The notes beneath the pieces are model-generated. The model did not search any database, was not told the origin of the DNA, and was given only the letters and a program-made list of their open reading frames with translations. This document shows, one piece after another, positions 35,985 to 45,916 of a DNA stretch of 48,016 nucleotides. This stretch comes from an uncultured Isosphaeraceae bacterium (lineage in GTDB: Bacteria > Planctomycetota > Planctomycetia > Isosphaerales > Isosphaeraceae). Both the position numbers and the translations under genes were made by a program. The stretch spans positions 1-48,016 of the forward strand of contig CALCIC010000118.1 in the NCBI GenBank assembly GCA_937907405.1, in the 5' to 3' direction. Position 1 is the first letter of the stretch. Each line of letters begins with the position of its first letter.

Positions 35985-37297
35985 TCGCCTCATACGAGAA
36001 CGTAAACGAGTACGAAGCCGATGCCGTCGCGCCGTCGCGGATCGCCTACCTCGTCAACGTCTACCCCGTGACCAGCGCAAGCTTTATTCGTCGCGAGCTC
36101 ATGGAGATGGAGGCGCAGGGCGCATCGGTCTCCCGGTTCGCGCTGCGTCGTTGGGACACTCCGCTCGTCGATCCGATCGACCTGCAGGAAGAACGAAAGA
36201 CCCGCGCCGTGCTCGAAGTCGGCGCCTTGGGTCTGGCCGGCGCGGTCGTCGCAACGGCCTTCCGGCGCCCAGGCAAGTTCGCTCGGGCCCTGGTACAGAC
36301 ATGGCGGTTGGGCCGACGGGGGAGCGGGTCCAGTTCCAGTCGCGGCGTCGCTAGACACTTGATCTATCTGGCCGAGGCGTGCGTGCTGCTCGACTGGCAT
36401 CGTGAGCAGGGCACGGACCATGTACACGCCCACTACGGGACCAACTCGGCCACCGTCGCACTCTTGTGTCGGATTCTCGGCGGCCCGCCGTACAGCTTCA
36501 CGGTCCACGGCCCCGAGGAATTCGATCAGCCGTTGGCTTTGGGGCTCGACCTCAAGATCCATGACGCGGCGTTCGCCGTCGCCATCAGCGAGCATGGGCG
36601 GAGCCAGCTTTGCCGGTGGGTTCCCTACGATCAGTGGTCGAAAATCAAGGTCGTCCGGTGCGGCCTCGACCCCATGTTCCTGGACGCGCCGCAGATCCCG
36701 TTGCCCGAAGCGCCTCGGCTGGTCTGCGTGGGGCGGTTCGCCGAACAGAAAGGGCTTCCCGTCCTGATCGAAGCCGCGGGCCGGCTGCGCGCCGAGGGCG
36801 TCGCCTTCGAATTGACGCTGGTCGGAGACGGAACGCTGCGCGGCGAAATCGAAGCCCTGATCAAGCGCTATCGGCTGGAAGACTGCGTCCAGCTCGTCGG
36901 CTGGAAGAGCAACGCCGAGGTTCGTGATTTGATCACCGAAAGCCGCGCCCTGGTCCTGCCGAGCTTCGCCGAGGGCTTGCCCGTGGCGATCATGGAATCG
37001 CTGGCCCTGGGGCGCCCCGTGATCAGCACCTGGATCGCCGGGACCCCCGAACTGGTCGAGCCCGGGGTCTCCGGGTGGCTCGTCCCCCCCGGCTCCGCCG
37101 AAGCCCTGGCCTCGGCGATCCGTGATCTGCTCGACACGCCCCTCGACGAACTCGAACGGATGGGGAAACAAGGCGCGGAGCGCGTCGCCGAGCGGCACAA
37201 CATCGCGATCGAGGCCCGCAAGCTCAGAGACCTGATCGGCCGAGTCGATCGACGGACGCAGGCCGCCCAATCCCCCTCACTCGTTACCAATGCATGA
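35981..37297 (+). CDS. GT4 family glycosyltransferase (WcaL-like)
   Basis: 'HVHAHYGTN', 'VGRFAEQKG' and 'PSFAEGLPVAIMESLALGRPVI'. ATGA overlap with gmhB. Confidence 0.92.
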   Translation: MIASYENVNEYEADAVAPSRIAYLVNVYPVTSASFIRRELMEMEAQGASVSRFALRRWDTPLVDPIDLQEERKTRAVLEVGALGLAGAVVATAFRRPGKFARALVQTWRLGRRGSGSSSSRGVARHLIYLAEACVLLDWHREQGTDHVHAHYGTNSATVALLCRILGGPPYSFTVHGPEEFDQPLALGLDLKIHDAAFAVAISEHGRSQLCRWVPYDQWSKIKVVRCGLDPMFLDAPQIPLPEAPRLVCVGRFAEQKGLPVLIEAAGRLRAEGVAFELTLVGDGTLRGEIEALIKRYRLEDCVQLVGWKSNAEVRDLITESRALVLPSFAEGLPVAIMESLALGRPVISTWIAGTPELVEPGVSGWLVPPGSAEALASAIRDLLDTPLDELERMGKQGAERVAERHNIAIEARKLRDLIGRVDRRTQAAQSPSLVTNA

Positions 37298-38111
37298 CGT
37301 AGCCGCCGTCGACGTTGATCGTCTGCCCCGTGACGTTGCCGGCCGCCGGAGAGGCGAGGAAGACCGCCATCGCGGCGACGTCTTCCGGCGTCTGCCAGCG
37401 TCCCAGGGGAACCAGCGCCTTGACCTTCGATCCGGCCCATTCCTCATACGATGGAATCGAGACGCCGCCGCCCGCCCCCCCCTGCCCTTGCCGATCGGCC
37501 CAGGCCTGGTACACCGAGCGGTTGAGGGCCGTCTTGATCATCCCTGGGCAGATCGAATTGACCCGGACGCCGAACGGCGCGAGGTCCTTGGCCGCGCACT
37601 GGGCGAAGTTGATCAGCCCAGCCTTCGAGGCGCTGTAGGGCGGGTCGGTCTGCGAGCCGATCTGGCCGGCGACCGACGCCACGAACAGGAGCGTGCCCGC
37701 CTTCGCATCGGCCATTCGCGGGGCGAAAGCGTGACCGACGTTGGCGGCGCCGATCAGGTTGACTCGAAGCACACGGTCCCAGTCGCCGGGGTCGAGCTCC
37801 CAGAACGGGAAGCCGAACTTGCCCGATCCGACGCCCGCGGCGTAAACCACATGGTCGCAACGCCCGAATCGGTCCCAGAGGTCGTCGACCGCGCGACGGA
37901 TCGAATCAAAGTCGGTCGCGTCGACCACCAGACCGACGCAAGAAATCCCCGACGCCTCCTCCAAGCGACGGGCCTCGGCCGGGCCTTCGGGGTCTCGATC
38001 GAGGATCGCGACACGCGCGCCTTCAGCGAGGAATCCGGAGGCGACGGCGAGGCCGATCCCTCGGGCGCCTCCCACGACGACGGCGACGTCCCCGGCTAGG
38101 TGAAGATCCAT
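37284..38111 (-). CDS. SDR family NAD(P)-dependent oxidoreductase
   Basis: 'GGARGIG', 'YSASK', 'VRVNSICPG' and 'TGQTINVDGG'. Convergent 14-nt overlap with GT4. Confidence 0.93.
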   Translation of the reverse strand: MDLHLAGDVAVVVGGARGIGLAVASGFLAEGARVAILDRDPEGPAEARRLEEASGISCVGLVVDATDFDSIRRAVDDLWDRFGRCDHVVYAAGVGSGKFGFPFWELDPGDWDRVLRVNLIGAANVGHAFAPRMADAKAGTLLFVASVAGQIGSQTDPPYSASKAGLINFAQCAAKDLAPFGVRVNSICPGMIKTALNRSVYQAWADRQGQGGAGGGVSIPSYEEWAGSKVKALVPLGRWQTPEDVAAMAVFLASPAAGNVTGQTINVDGGYVMHW

Positions 38112-38636
38112 GACGATCGCTCCCGGACTTCAAAGGTCGACTCGACGGGGTTTTCACATGGTATTCGGCCAACCCGTCCCTGGCGGCCGACTCGTCCCAT
38201 CCCGGGGCTTCGTCGCTCGCAACCGAGGCGGAGAATGAATCGGCGGAATCCGTGCGCGGATGGATCCTCATGACGCGCCCCGCGATCAGCCGAGCCCGAC
38301 GGGCGCCAAGGGCTTGGTCCGGATGTCCGTCTCCTCATTGGAGCCGGGCTCCCAGGCCGCCGCGGAACACGAAGAAGGGCGGATCCGAGAGGCTGGCCGC
38401 GCCGATCTCCCCCAGGAGATGAAGCACCGGGCGGCCGGATCAATTTCCCAGGGGCGGACTTGCCTCGGTTCGACGTCGGGGATTCAATGGAGATCCTTCC
38501 CTGGCTCATGATCGGCGGGAACTTCGGGTATTCGAGCGGCCGGGGGGCTTCCGACCGTCACGCCCAGCCTTATAAATCCCATAATACCGTACTGCATTCG
38601 TGGCTGTAGCAACAACTCCCTTCTTGGGCCGTGCAT

Positions 38637-39653
38637 ATGAAACTTCTCGTCGTTGTAGTTTGTTATCGCGTCCCCGACCTCACGATCGATTGTCTGCGGT
38701 CGTTGAGTGGGGAGATCGACCGCGTTCCCGACGCCCGGGTGGCGGTCTGCGAGAACGGCAGCGGGGGTGACGCCGCCGACCTTCTGAGACGGGCGATGGA
38801 CGAGAACGGCTGGGGATCGTGGGTCGACCTGACCGCCGTCGAGGTCAACCACGGTTTCTGCGGGGGGAACAACCTGCTGATCCGCCCCGCCCTCGAATCG
38901 GACGACCCACCCGAATACGTGCTCTTGCTCAACCCCGACACGATCGTCCAGGAACACGCCCTCGACGCGCTGGTCGACTTTATGGACGCCCACCCCAAGG
39001 CGGGCGTCGCCGGCAGCCAACTCCTGTCGCCGGAGGGGGTGATCCAGGCTTCGCCGTTCCTGTTCCCTGGCGTCGGCTCGGAATTGGACCGCGGCTTGCG
39101 GGTCGGGGTGCTCTCGAAGCTGCTGTCGGGCCGATTGAAGATCGATCACTCGCGACCCAACCGGGCCGAATGGCTCTCCGGGGCGAGCATGATCTTACGG
39201 ACGTCGATGCTGCGAGGCGTCGGCCTGCTGGACGAAGGCTTCTTCACGTACTTCGACGACGTCGATCTCTGCTTGAGGGCCAGGCGGGCCGGCTGGGAAG
39301 TCTGGTACGCCCCCGAGAGCAAGGTCGTCCACCTGGAGGGAGCGTCCTCGGGCATCAAGGGGTCTACGATGCAAAAGCCGAAACGACGGCCGGCATACTG
39401 GTTTCAGGCCCGTCGTCGGTTCTTCCTGAAGAATTACGGCAAGCTTTACACGGCCCTGGCCGACGCCGCCTTCCTCGGCGGTTACGCGACCTGGCGGCTG
39501 CGACGCCTGATTCAGGGCAAGCCGGACCTGGACTCCCCGAATTTCCTCGCCGATTCGTTTCGCAACAGCGTATTCCGCACTGGCTTCGAGCTGCGAGACG
39601 TGGAGAGCCCGACGACGGCCGCCCCCGCCGCCGTTCCGACCAACGCCGCCTGA
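38637..39653 (+). CDS. GT2 family glycosyltransferase
   Basis: 'VCENGS', 'NHGFCGGNN', 'LLLNPDT' and 'LDEGFFTYFDDVDLC'. Confidence 0.92.
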   Translation: MKLLVVVVCYRVPDLTIDCLRSLSGEIDRVPDARVAVCENGSGGDAADLLRRAMDENGWGSWVDLTAVEVNHGFCGGNNLLIRPALESDDPPEYVLLLNPDTIVQEHALDALVDFMDAHPKAGVAGSQLLSPEGVIQASPFLFPGVGSELDRGLRVGVLSKLLSGRLKIDHSRPNRAEWLSGASMILRTSMLRGVGLLDEGFFTYFDDVDLCLRARRAGWEVWYAPESKVVHLEGASSGIKGSTMQKPKRRPAYWFQARRRFFLKNYGKLYTALADAAFLGGYATWRLRRLIQGKPDLDSPNFLADSFRNSVFRTGFELRDVESPTTAAPAAVPTNAA

Positions 39654-39672
39654 GCAGGAGCCCGACGTAGTT

Positions 39673-40695
39673 TCAGGACGCCGGCGCGTCCCCGGCCGCG
39701 ATCGGCCCCCGGAAATCAACAATGCGGCTTCGCTTGCCGGAGATTCTGCCCAGCCAGTACCGCAACAAGCCAAGGGCGCTCGGGATCCTGCCGACCACGA
39801 TGAAAAAGGCGAAGAGCCGAGCATCGGCCGGACTCCACCCTCTCGCTCGCCGGTAATAGCGGCTGACCCGCCAGAACAGCAAGGCGTAACCTGCGAACAA
39901 CAAGGCGAGACTCGCCCCGCGGGTCGGCCAGGCGAGCGCCAGACAGACGATCGGCGCGACGAGGCCCCAGACGATGATGCTCCGGGTTTCGCGGACGTAG
40001 TGGCGTTCGGGAGGACGACCGTGCATGGCGGCGCCCTCCGCGAACGCATGGCCGGCTCGCGCCGTCCGCTTCCACCACTGGCGGAAACGCGTCATGGCCA
40101 TGTCATGAAGCGCCATCTCGGCGTCGATCCGGAAGATCTTCCAGCCGTTTTGACGAAGACGGACGCAAAGCTCGGGCTCTTCGCCGGCGATCAACTCGGG
40201 GTTGAAGCCGCCGACCTGTCGCAAGGCGGCCACCCGCATCATGGCGACTCCGCCGCAGGCTTTCGCCTCGCCCGTCGGGGTGTTCCACTCGAGATCGGCC
40301 AGGCGGTTGTAGACGGTTCGCTCGGGATGGCGCTCGCGTAAGCGGCCACAAACGGCCGCGGATTCTGGCCACGCGTCCAGATCGCGACGGGCGCGGTCGA
40401 TCCAGCCCTCGGCGATCTCGCAATCACCATCGACGAACTGGACGTATTGAACCTCCGGCGCGACCGCGAGCAGACGTTCAACTCCCTCGTTCCGCGCCCT
40501 GGCCGCCGAGAACGGCCGCGACAGATCGAGCTCGACGACCTCGACGCCCAAGCCGCGCGCCATCTCGACGCTGCCGTCCCGCGATCCGGAATCGACGTAA
40601 ATCAGTACCAGGCCGCGATCAGCGACCGAGTGCATGCACCGCCGCAGCCGCTCTCCCTCGTTTCGACCGATCGCCACGACGCCGACTTGACTCAT
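39673..40695 (-). CDS. GT2 family glycosyltransferase with C-terminal TM helices
   Basis: 'VVAIGRNEGERL', 'YVDSGSRDGS', 'FVDGDC', 'AGEEPELC' and 'QWWKR'. Confidence 0.92.
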   Translation of the reverse strand: MSQVGVVAIGRNEGERLRRCMHSVADRGLVLIYVDSGSRDGSVEMARGLGVEVVELDLSRPFSAARARNEGVERLLAVAPEVQYVQFVDGDCEIAEGWIDRARRDLDAWPESAAVCGRLRERHPERTVYNRLADLEWNTPTGEAKACGGVAMMRVAALRQVGGFNPELIAGEEPELCVRLRQNGWKIFRIDAEMALHDMAMTRFRQWWKRTARAGHAFAEGAAMHGRPPERHYVRETRSIIVWGLVAPIVCLALAWPTRGASLALLFAGYALLFWRVSRYYRRARGWSPADARLFAFFIVVGRIPSALGLLRYWLGRISGKRSRIVDFRGPIAAGDAPAS

Positions 40696-41389
40696 GAAAT
40701 CCAGTTCACCGTAAAATCCTGGTGCCCCCGCCCGGTCCGGCTTATTGTAGCGAAACCAAAGCGCCTCGATCAACATTCGGCGGCGACGGCTTCCTCTTCG
40801 AGTCCGCGCGCTGATCACCGGAGGAGCGACGCCCGATCAGGTTTGACACAAAGCCCAAGGCGACTCGTAGATGCCTGTAATTGACACCGGCCGTCCTCAG
40901 GCTCGCCTGATACGCCGAGGCTGGAAAAGAACGGACGCACCGAACACCCCAAACTCACTCATGCTGTCAATCGTCCCACGATTCCAATGAGTGAGATTGA
41001 CTTATCCACAGCAATTGGGATGCCGCGTTCTATGATTAGGAAGGACAGATGAAGTCGAGGAGCTTGTTCTCCAGCGTTGAATCCGAGGGCCCGGCCGGCT
41101 TCGAGGCCCGCGCAAGTCGTCTTTATTTTGGAGAGTCCAGCCTGTATGTTCGGACGTGATCCGAACGCCGAGTCGACTGGGTTCACGACTACGAATCGGC
41201 GCCGGGTTTGGAAGGAATCCCTCCCGATGCTTGGGCCGACGTCCTCATTCGCTTGGTTTTCAAACGTCAGCCCGTGAATTGCTAGGCTCGACGTCTGATG
41301 AGGACGACCGACCGCGCGGTTTGACCGTCCTCCGGCGGACGCCGGTCCCCTATCTCAACCTAACCTTCGAACTGGAATAGCACCTGGTC

Positions 41390-42322
41390 ATGATTCAAAC
41401 CGAAAAGACGCTTGAATCTCGTCCGTCCGAGCCTCGATCCGGTTCGTCGAAAGACGGCGAACCGTGGCGCGAGGCGGCCGACGTCCACGGGGACCATGCG
41501 CCCGAGTGCGTGATCAAGCCCACCTCGGGGTGGATCGCCATCGACTGGCAAGAGATCTACAACTACCGCGAGCTTCTCGTCTTCTTCATCTGGCGCGACG
41601 TCTCGACGCGCTACAAGCAGACGATCCTGGGGCCCGCCTGGGCGATTCTTCAGCCGCTGATCATGCTGGTGATCTTCACATTCGTGGCGTCGTTCACGGG
41701 GATCAAGGGCCCCATGGACCTGCCGCCCCCCGTCTGGATCTTCGCGGGCTTGATCCCCTGGGCGATTTTCTCTCAGGGAATGCCGGCCTCGGCGAACAGT
41801 CTGATCAACTCGCTGAACATGGTCACCAAGGTGTATTTCCCTCGGGTGTTCCTCCCGGTCACGGCCGCCGCGGTGTTTCTGGTCGACGCCGTGATCACGC
41901 TGCTGCTCTATGGCGGAATCATGCTCTACTATCAGGTCGCGCCGCACTGGACCATCGTCTTCGTGCCGGTCTTGGTCGTGCTGACGCTGATCGCCACTCT
42001 CAGTTTCGGCATCCTGCTCTCGGGGTTGACCCTCTTCTATCGCGACTTCAAGCACCTGATCCCGTTCCTCGTTCAGATCATGACGTACGTCACTCCGATC
42101 TTCTACTCGATTTCGGACCTGCCGTCGAATCGTCAGTGGATCCTCTGGATTCTCTCCATCAATCCGATGTTCGGCATCGTCGAGGCCTTTCGCTCGTGCA
42201 TTCTCGGCACGCCCATGTACTGGACTTGCTTTCTGATCTCAAGCGTCACGGCCGTGGCTCTGTTCGTCTTCGCGGTCTTCTACTTCCGACGCACCGAACG
42301 CATGTTCGCCGACTACGTCTGA
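41390..42322 (+). CDS. wzm: ABC-2 polysaccharide export permease
   Basis: 'YRELL...RDVSTRYKQTILG.AWAILQPL', 'KVYFPR' and 'NPMFGIVEAFR'. Confidence 0.93.
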   Translation: MIQTEKTLESRPSEPRSGSSKDGEPWREAADVHGDHAPECVIKPTSGWIAIDWQEIYNYRELLVFFIWRDVSTRYKQTILGPAWAILQPLIMLVIFTFVASFTGIKGPMDLPPPVWIFAGLIPWAIFSQGMPASANSLINSLNMVTKVYFPRVFLPVTAAAVFLVDAVITLLLYGGIMLYYQVAPHWTIVFVPVLVVLTLIATLSFGILLSGLTLFYRDFKHLIPFLVQIMTYVTPIFYSISDLPSNRQWILWILSINPMFGIVEAFRSCILGTPMYWTCFLISSVTAVALFVFAVFYFRRTERMFADYV

Positions 42323-42390
42323 CGATCATCGCCGATCCGTGTCAACTCGACCCGCCCTGACACCCTTTTGGTTCCACGCGAATTTCCAAC

Positions 42391-43689
42391 ATGAGCCGTC
42401 CGATCATAAGCATCAACAATCTGAGCAAGCGTTACGTCCTTCGTCACAGCGTCGGTCGCGAGCGGATTTACGGCGACTTCGGGTTCTCGCTGCGCGGCTC
42501 GGTGTCCGAGGCGCTGTACTCCGCAAGGCGATTCTTCCGCGCCGGCGCGACGACCGACCGCGTGACCAGGAAGTCGGACTTCTGGGCGCTGCGCGACGTC
42601 GAGTTCGACGTGGAGCGAGGGAAAGTGGTCGGGCTCATCGGACGCAACGGCGCCGGCAAATCGACCATGCTCAAGATTCTCAGCCGGATCGTCGACCCGA
42701 CCACCGGTTCGATCCACCTCCGCGGACGAGTCGCCTCGCTGCTGGAAGTGGGGACGGGCTTCCATCCCGAATTGAGCGGCCGCGAGAACATCTACTTGAA
42801 CGGCGCGATTCTGGGGATGAAGCGAGTCGAGATCCGCCGCAAGTTCGACGAAATCGTGGCTTTTTCCGAGGTTGAGCAGTTCCTCGACACGCCGGTGAAG
42901 CGTTACTCGTCGGGCATGTTCGTTCGCCTGGCGTTCGCCGTGGCGGCCCACCTTGAGCCGGAGATCCTGATCGTCGACGAAGTGCTCGCCGTGGGCGACT
43001 ACTCGTTTCAGAAGAAGTGCCTCGGCAAGATGCGCGACGTCGCCTCGGGCGACGGACGAACGGTCCTGTTCGTCAGCCACAACATGGGGGCCTTGAGCCA
43101 GCTTTGCGACGAAGGCGTGCTGCTGGAAAACGGTCGGGTGACGATGATCGGCCCGGTCGAGTCGGTGGTCAAGAGCTATATGAAGAGCGGAGTGGGCTCG
43201 AACGCCGCCGCCTCCGAGTTCCCCGAAGACCCCGCCAAGGACGGTCAGTTCCTCTCGGTCGAGGTACTCCACCAGGACGAAGGCCACGCCTCGGATTTCA
43301 CCTGCGACGAACCGATCAAGCTCCGGTTTCGATACAAGGTGCGCCGGCCGATCACGGAAAGCTATCTGACCTTCTACCTTCAGAACCAGGAAGGCACCCG
43401 CGTCCTCTACTCCGACGTCCGCGACCTCGATCAAGAGATCCCCGAGCGGATCGGCGTGGGCGTCCACACCTTCGACGTCACCATCCCCCCCCGCCTCCTG
43501 GGGGCGACGACCTATCTGCTGACGGTCGGCAGCGCGGGCAAATACGCGGGCGTGATCGATCACCATTACGACTGCTGCGAATTCACTCTCCGCGACCTGG
43601 CCATTCAGGATCAGTCCCGGCCCGGCGTCCTCAGCATCCAACTTCCCTGGAAACACGAGGAGACGCCCCTCGCCGAAGTCGCCAACTGA
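42391..43689 (+). CDS. wzt: ABC polysaccharide export ATPase with C-terminal Wzt_C domain
   Basis: Walker A 'GRNGAGKST', signature 'YSSGM', 'ILIVDEVLAVGD' and an ~180-aa C-terminal extension. Confidence 0.94.
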   Translation: MSRPIISINNLSKRYVLRHSVGRERIYGDFGFSLRGSVSEALYSARRFFRAGATTDRVTRKSDFWALRDVEFDVERGKVVGLIGRNGAGKSTMLKILSRIVDPTTGSIHLRGRVASLLEVGTGFHPELSGRENIYLNGAILGMKRVEIRRKFDEIVAFSEVEQFLDTPVKRYSSGMFVRLAFAVAAHLEPEILIVDEVLAVGDYSFQKKCLGKMRDVASGDGRTVLFVSHNMGALSQLCDEGVLLENGRVTMIGPVESVVKSYMKSGVGSNAAASEFPEDPAKDGQFLSVEVLHQDEGHASDFTCDEPIKLRFRYKVRRPITESYLTFYLQNQEGTRVLYSDVRDLDQEIPERIGVGVHTFDVTIPPRLLGATTYLLTVGSAGKYAGVIDHHYDCCEFTLRDLAIQDQSRPGVLSIQLPWKHEETPLAEVAN

Positions 43690-43856
43690 GGTTCGACCCG
43701 GAAGGGGGCGGGCTCGGCGACCGTCGCTCTTGATCGTCGTCCAACAATCCGGTACACAAGGCGGCGGAGGATCGCCCGGCGCGCCGTTCGACGGTCCCGC
43801 CGCACCGCACCGCGCCGAGCCGGCTACGGCTCGCCATGCAAGGAGGCATGACCGGA

Positions 43857-45359
43857 ATGTTCCACAACCCCGTCTTGGTCGTCGGCGACGTCATGCTCGA
43901 TCGACACGTCCACGGCCAGGTCCGGCGGATCTCGCCGGAGGCGCCCGTACCGGTCGTCAGCTTGTTGGGCGAGGTTCAGACGCCCGGAGGCGCCGGCAAC
44001 GTCGCCGCTGGACTCGCCGGCCTGGGCTGCCGCGTCACGCTGGCAGGGTTGATCGGGACCGACGCGGAGGGGGAGCAGCTCAGGCAGGTTTTGACCTCCA
44101 AGGGAGTCGAGCGGCTCGACCTCGTCGACCATCCGGATCTGACGACCGTCAGCAAGACCCGCATTCTCTCCGACACCCATCAGCAGCTCGTGCGGCTCGA
44201 CCGCGACGGCGACCGCAGCCGTTTCGCGGCGCTCGACCAACTCTTGCTCGATCGGGTCCTGCCGTTGATCGACGACCAAACCGCCGTGGTGCTCGCCGAT
44301 TACGAGAAGGGCGTGATCACCCCCCGAGTCGCCCGGGAGATCATCGGCCGCTGCCGAGACCGCGGCGTCCCCTGCGTCGTGGACCCCAAGAAGACCGATT
44401 TCTCCGTCTACGCCGAGGCGGCCGTCGTAACCCCGAACCTGATGGAGGCCGAGCGGGCGATCGGCCGCGCCCTGACCGACGACGAAGCCGTGGGGATCGC
44501 CGCCGGCCAGCTCCGCGACCGACTTCAAACGGACGCGATGCTGATCACCCGAGGCCCCGACGGCATGACCCTCTGCGTCGCCGGCGACATCCATCACGTC
44601 CCCGCGCAAACCCGCAACGTGGCCGACGTCACCGGAGCCGGCGACACCGTGGTGGCCGTTCTGGCGGCCTGCCTCGGCTCGGGAAGACCGATGCTGGAAG
44701 CCTGCCGGATCGCCAACGCGGCCGCCGGGATCGCCGTCAGCCACCCCGGTACGTACGTGGTCCAGGCCGCCGAGTTGGAAGCCGCCTGGAACGGGACGTC
44801 GCCGAAGATCCTGGATCGAAACGCCGCGCGTCGACGCCTCGACGAGGCCCGCCGCCGAGGCCGCAAGATCGTCTTCACCAACGGCTGCTTCGACCTCCTG
44901 CACGCCGGCCATCTCGCCTGCCTGGAAGGCGCCAAGCGGCTGGGCGACCTCCTGGTCGTCGGCCTGAACTCCGACTCATCGGTGCAAGGCCTCAAAGGAG
45001 ACACCCGCCCCGTCATCGGCCAGACCAACCGCGCCAGCCTCCTGGCCGGCCTCGCCTGCGTCGACGTGGTGATCGTCTTCGACGAAGAAACCCCCGCCGC
45101 GCTGATCGAGCTTCTCGAGCCCGACGTCCTGGTCAAGGGGGGCGACTACACCATCGACCAAATCGCCGGCGGCGATCTCGTGCTCAGCCGCGGCGGCCGG
45201 GTCGTCGCCCTCCCCCTCGTGGCGGGACTCAGCACGACGGCCATCCTCGGTCGAAACACCAGACCAGACGTCGCCGCACAACCGCGGGGCATGTTCAGGA
45301 TCTCGGAACACAACCCCCGCCCCATCCCGACGGCGGGATCGCCGGACTCGGCGTTCTGA
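43857..45359 (+). CDS. hldE: Bifunctional heptose-7-phosphate kinase / heptose-1-phosphate adenylyltransferase
   Basis: 'VVGDVMLD...RISPEAPVPV', 'DVTGAGD', 'FTNGCFDLLHAGH', 'VKGGDY' and 'GLSTT'. Alternative ATGs lie at 43836 and 43848. AGGAGG lies 10 nt before 43857. Confidence 0.95.
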   Translation: MFHNPVLVVGDVMLDRHVHGQVRRISPEAPVPVVSLLGEVQTPGGAGNVAAGLAGLGCRVTLAGLIGTDAEGEQLRQVLTSKGVERLDLVDHPDLTTVSKTRILSDTHQQLVRLDRDGDRSRFAALDQLLLDRVLPLIDDQTAVVLADYEKGVITPRVAREIIGRCRDRGVPCVVDPKKTDFSVYAEAAVVTPNLMEAERAIGRALTDDEAVGIAAGQLRDRLQTDAMLITRGPDGMTLCVAGDIHHVPAQTRNVADVTGAGDTVVAVLAACLGSGRPMLEACRIANAAAGIAVSHPGTYVVQAAELEAAWNGTSPKILDRNAARRRLDEARRRGRKIVFTNGCFDLLHAGHLACLEGAKRLGDLLVVGLNSDSSVQGLKGDTRPVIGQTNRASLLAGLACVDVVIVFDEETPAALIELLEPDVLVKGGDYTIDQIAGGDLVLSRGGRVVALPLVAGLSTTAILGRNTRPDVAAQPRGMFRISEHNPRPIPTAGSPDSAF

Positions 45360-45421
45360 TCGTGACGGGGAAGAAACAACGATCTGCAGAGCGACGGACG
45401 TCCAGAAAGCGGGCGGGATAA

Positions 45422-45535
45422 GCTCAGATGGATGGCGGCTGGGTCAGGGCCGAAATCGACCGTGCCCGACGAGTCCAAGGCGACCGCGTAGCCGTTACTC
45501 AAAACGGCTCCGCCGATGCTCACGGCCCAATTCAC
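45422..45535 (-). pseudogene. Fragment of an SBBP-type beta-propeller repeat gene
   Basis: 'WAVSIGGAVLSNGYAVALDSSG|TVDFGPDP' matches the repeat pattern W.....GG....G..IA.D..GNVY.TG.F.GTVDF.P with the middle missing. Confidence 0.5.
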
Positions 45536-45653
45536 CGCCCCGCATGGCCTCGGCCGTCCCGATCGGGTCGTGATCGGCGCCGTCCAGCCGCGGGCGCGCC
45601 TCCGCTGGTCGAGGTGAAAAACGTTCGCCAGGCACGAGAGGCGCCCACGGGCG

Positions 45654-45703
45654 AAACCCCAAAAAGTTGGTGTTTTCGAACATCAGGAACGTTTTGGGGC
45701 TTT
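45654..45703. repeat. Imperfect AT-rich inverted repeat upstream of the priming-transferase promoter
   Basis: CCCCAAAA.GTT-GGTGTT-TTCG-AACATC...AAC.TTTTGGGG. Confidence 0.45.
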
Positions 45704-45746
45704 ACCCTACATTGATTCTAAAAATCGACGCCGCACGACACAATGG

Positions 45747-45775
45747 TTGACGGTTTGAAAACCTCATGCTAAGCT
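45747..45775 (+). promoter_or_regulatory. Putative sigma70 promoter for the sugar transferase
   Basis: TTGACG-N17-TAAGCT with an extended -10 TG. Confidence 0.55.
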
Positions 45776-45916
45776 GTGCCTGCTTAATGTCCGACCTGTG
45801 TTTGTTTCAAGTATCCGCAGACGTTGCCGAAGCCCATGATTCGTGGCGACCGCCGCAGTTGCCGTGTAGCCTCCGAGAACATCAGCCAGGCATCCCACAC
45901 TGGAGATCCCGCACCG

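Noticed and set aside
40700-41389. Replication origin suggested by a DnaA box
   Set aside because: Only one perfect box is present, with no box cluster, no clear unwinding element and no dnaA/dnaN/rep neighbours.
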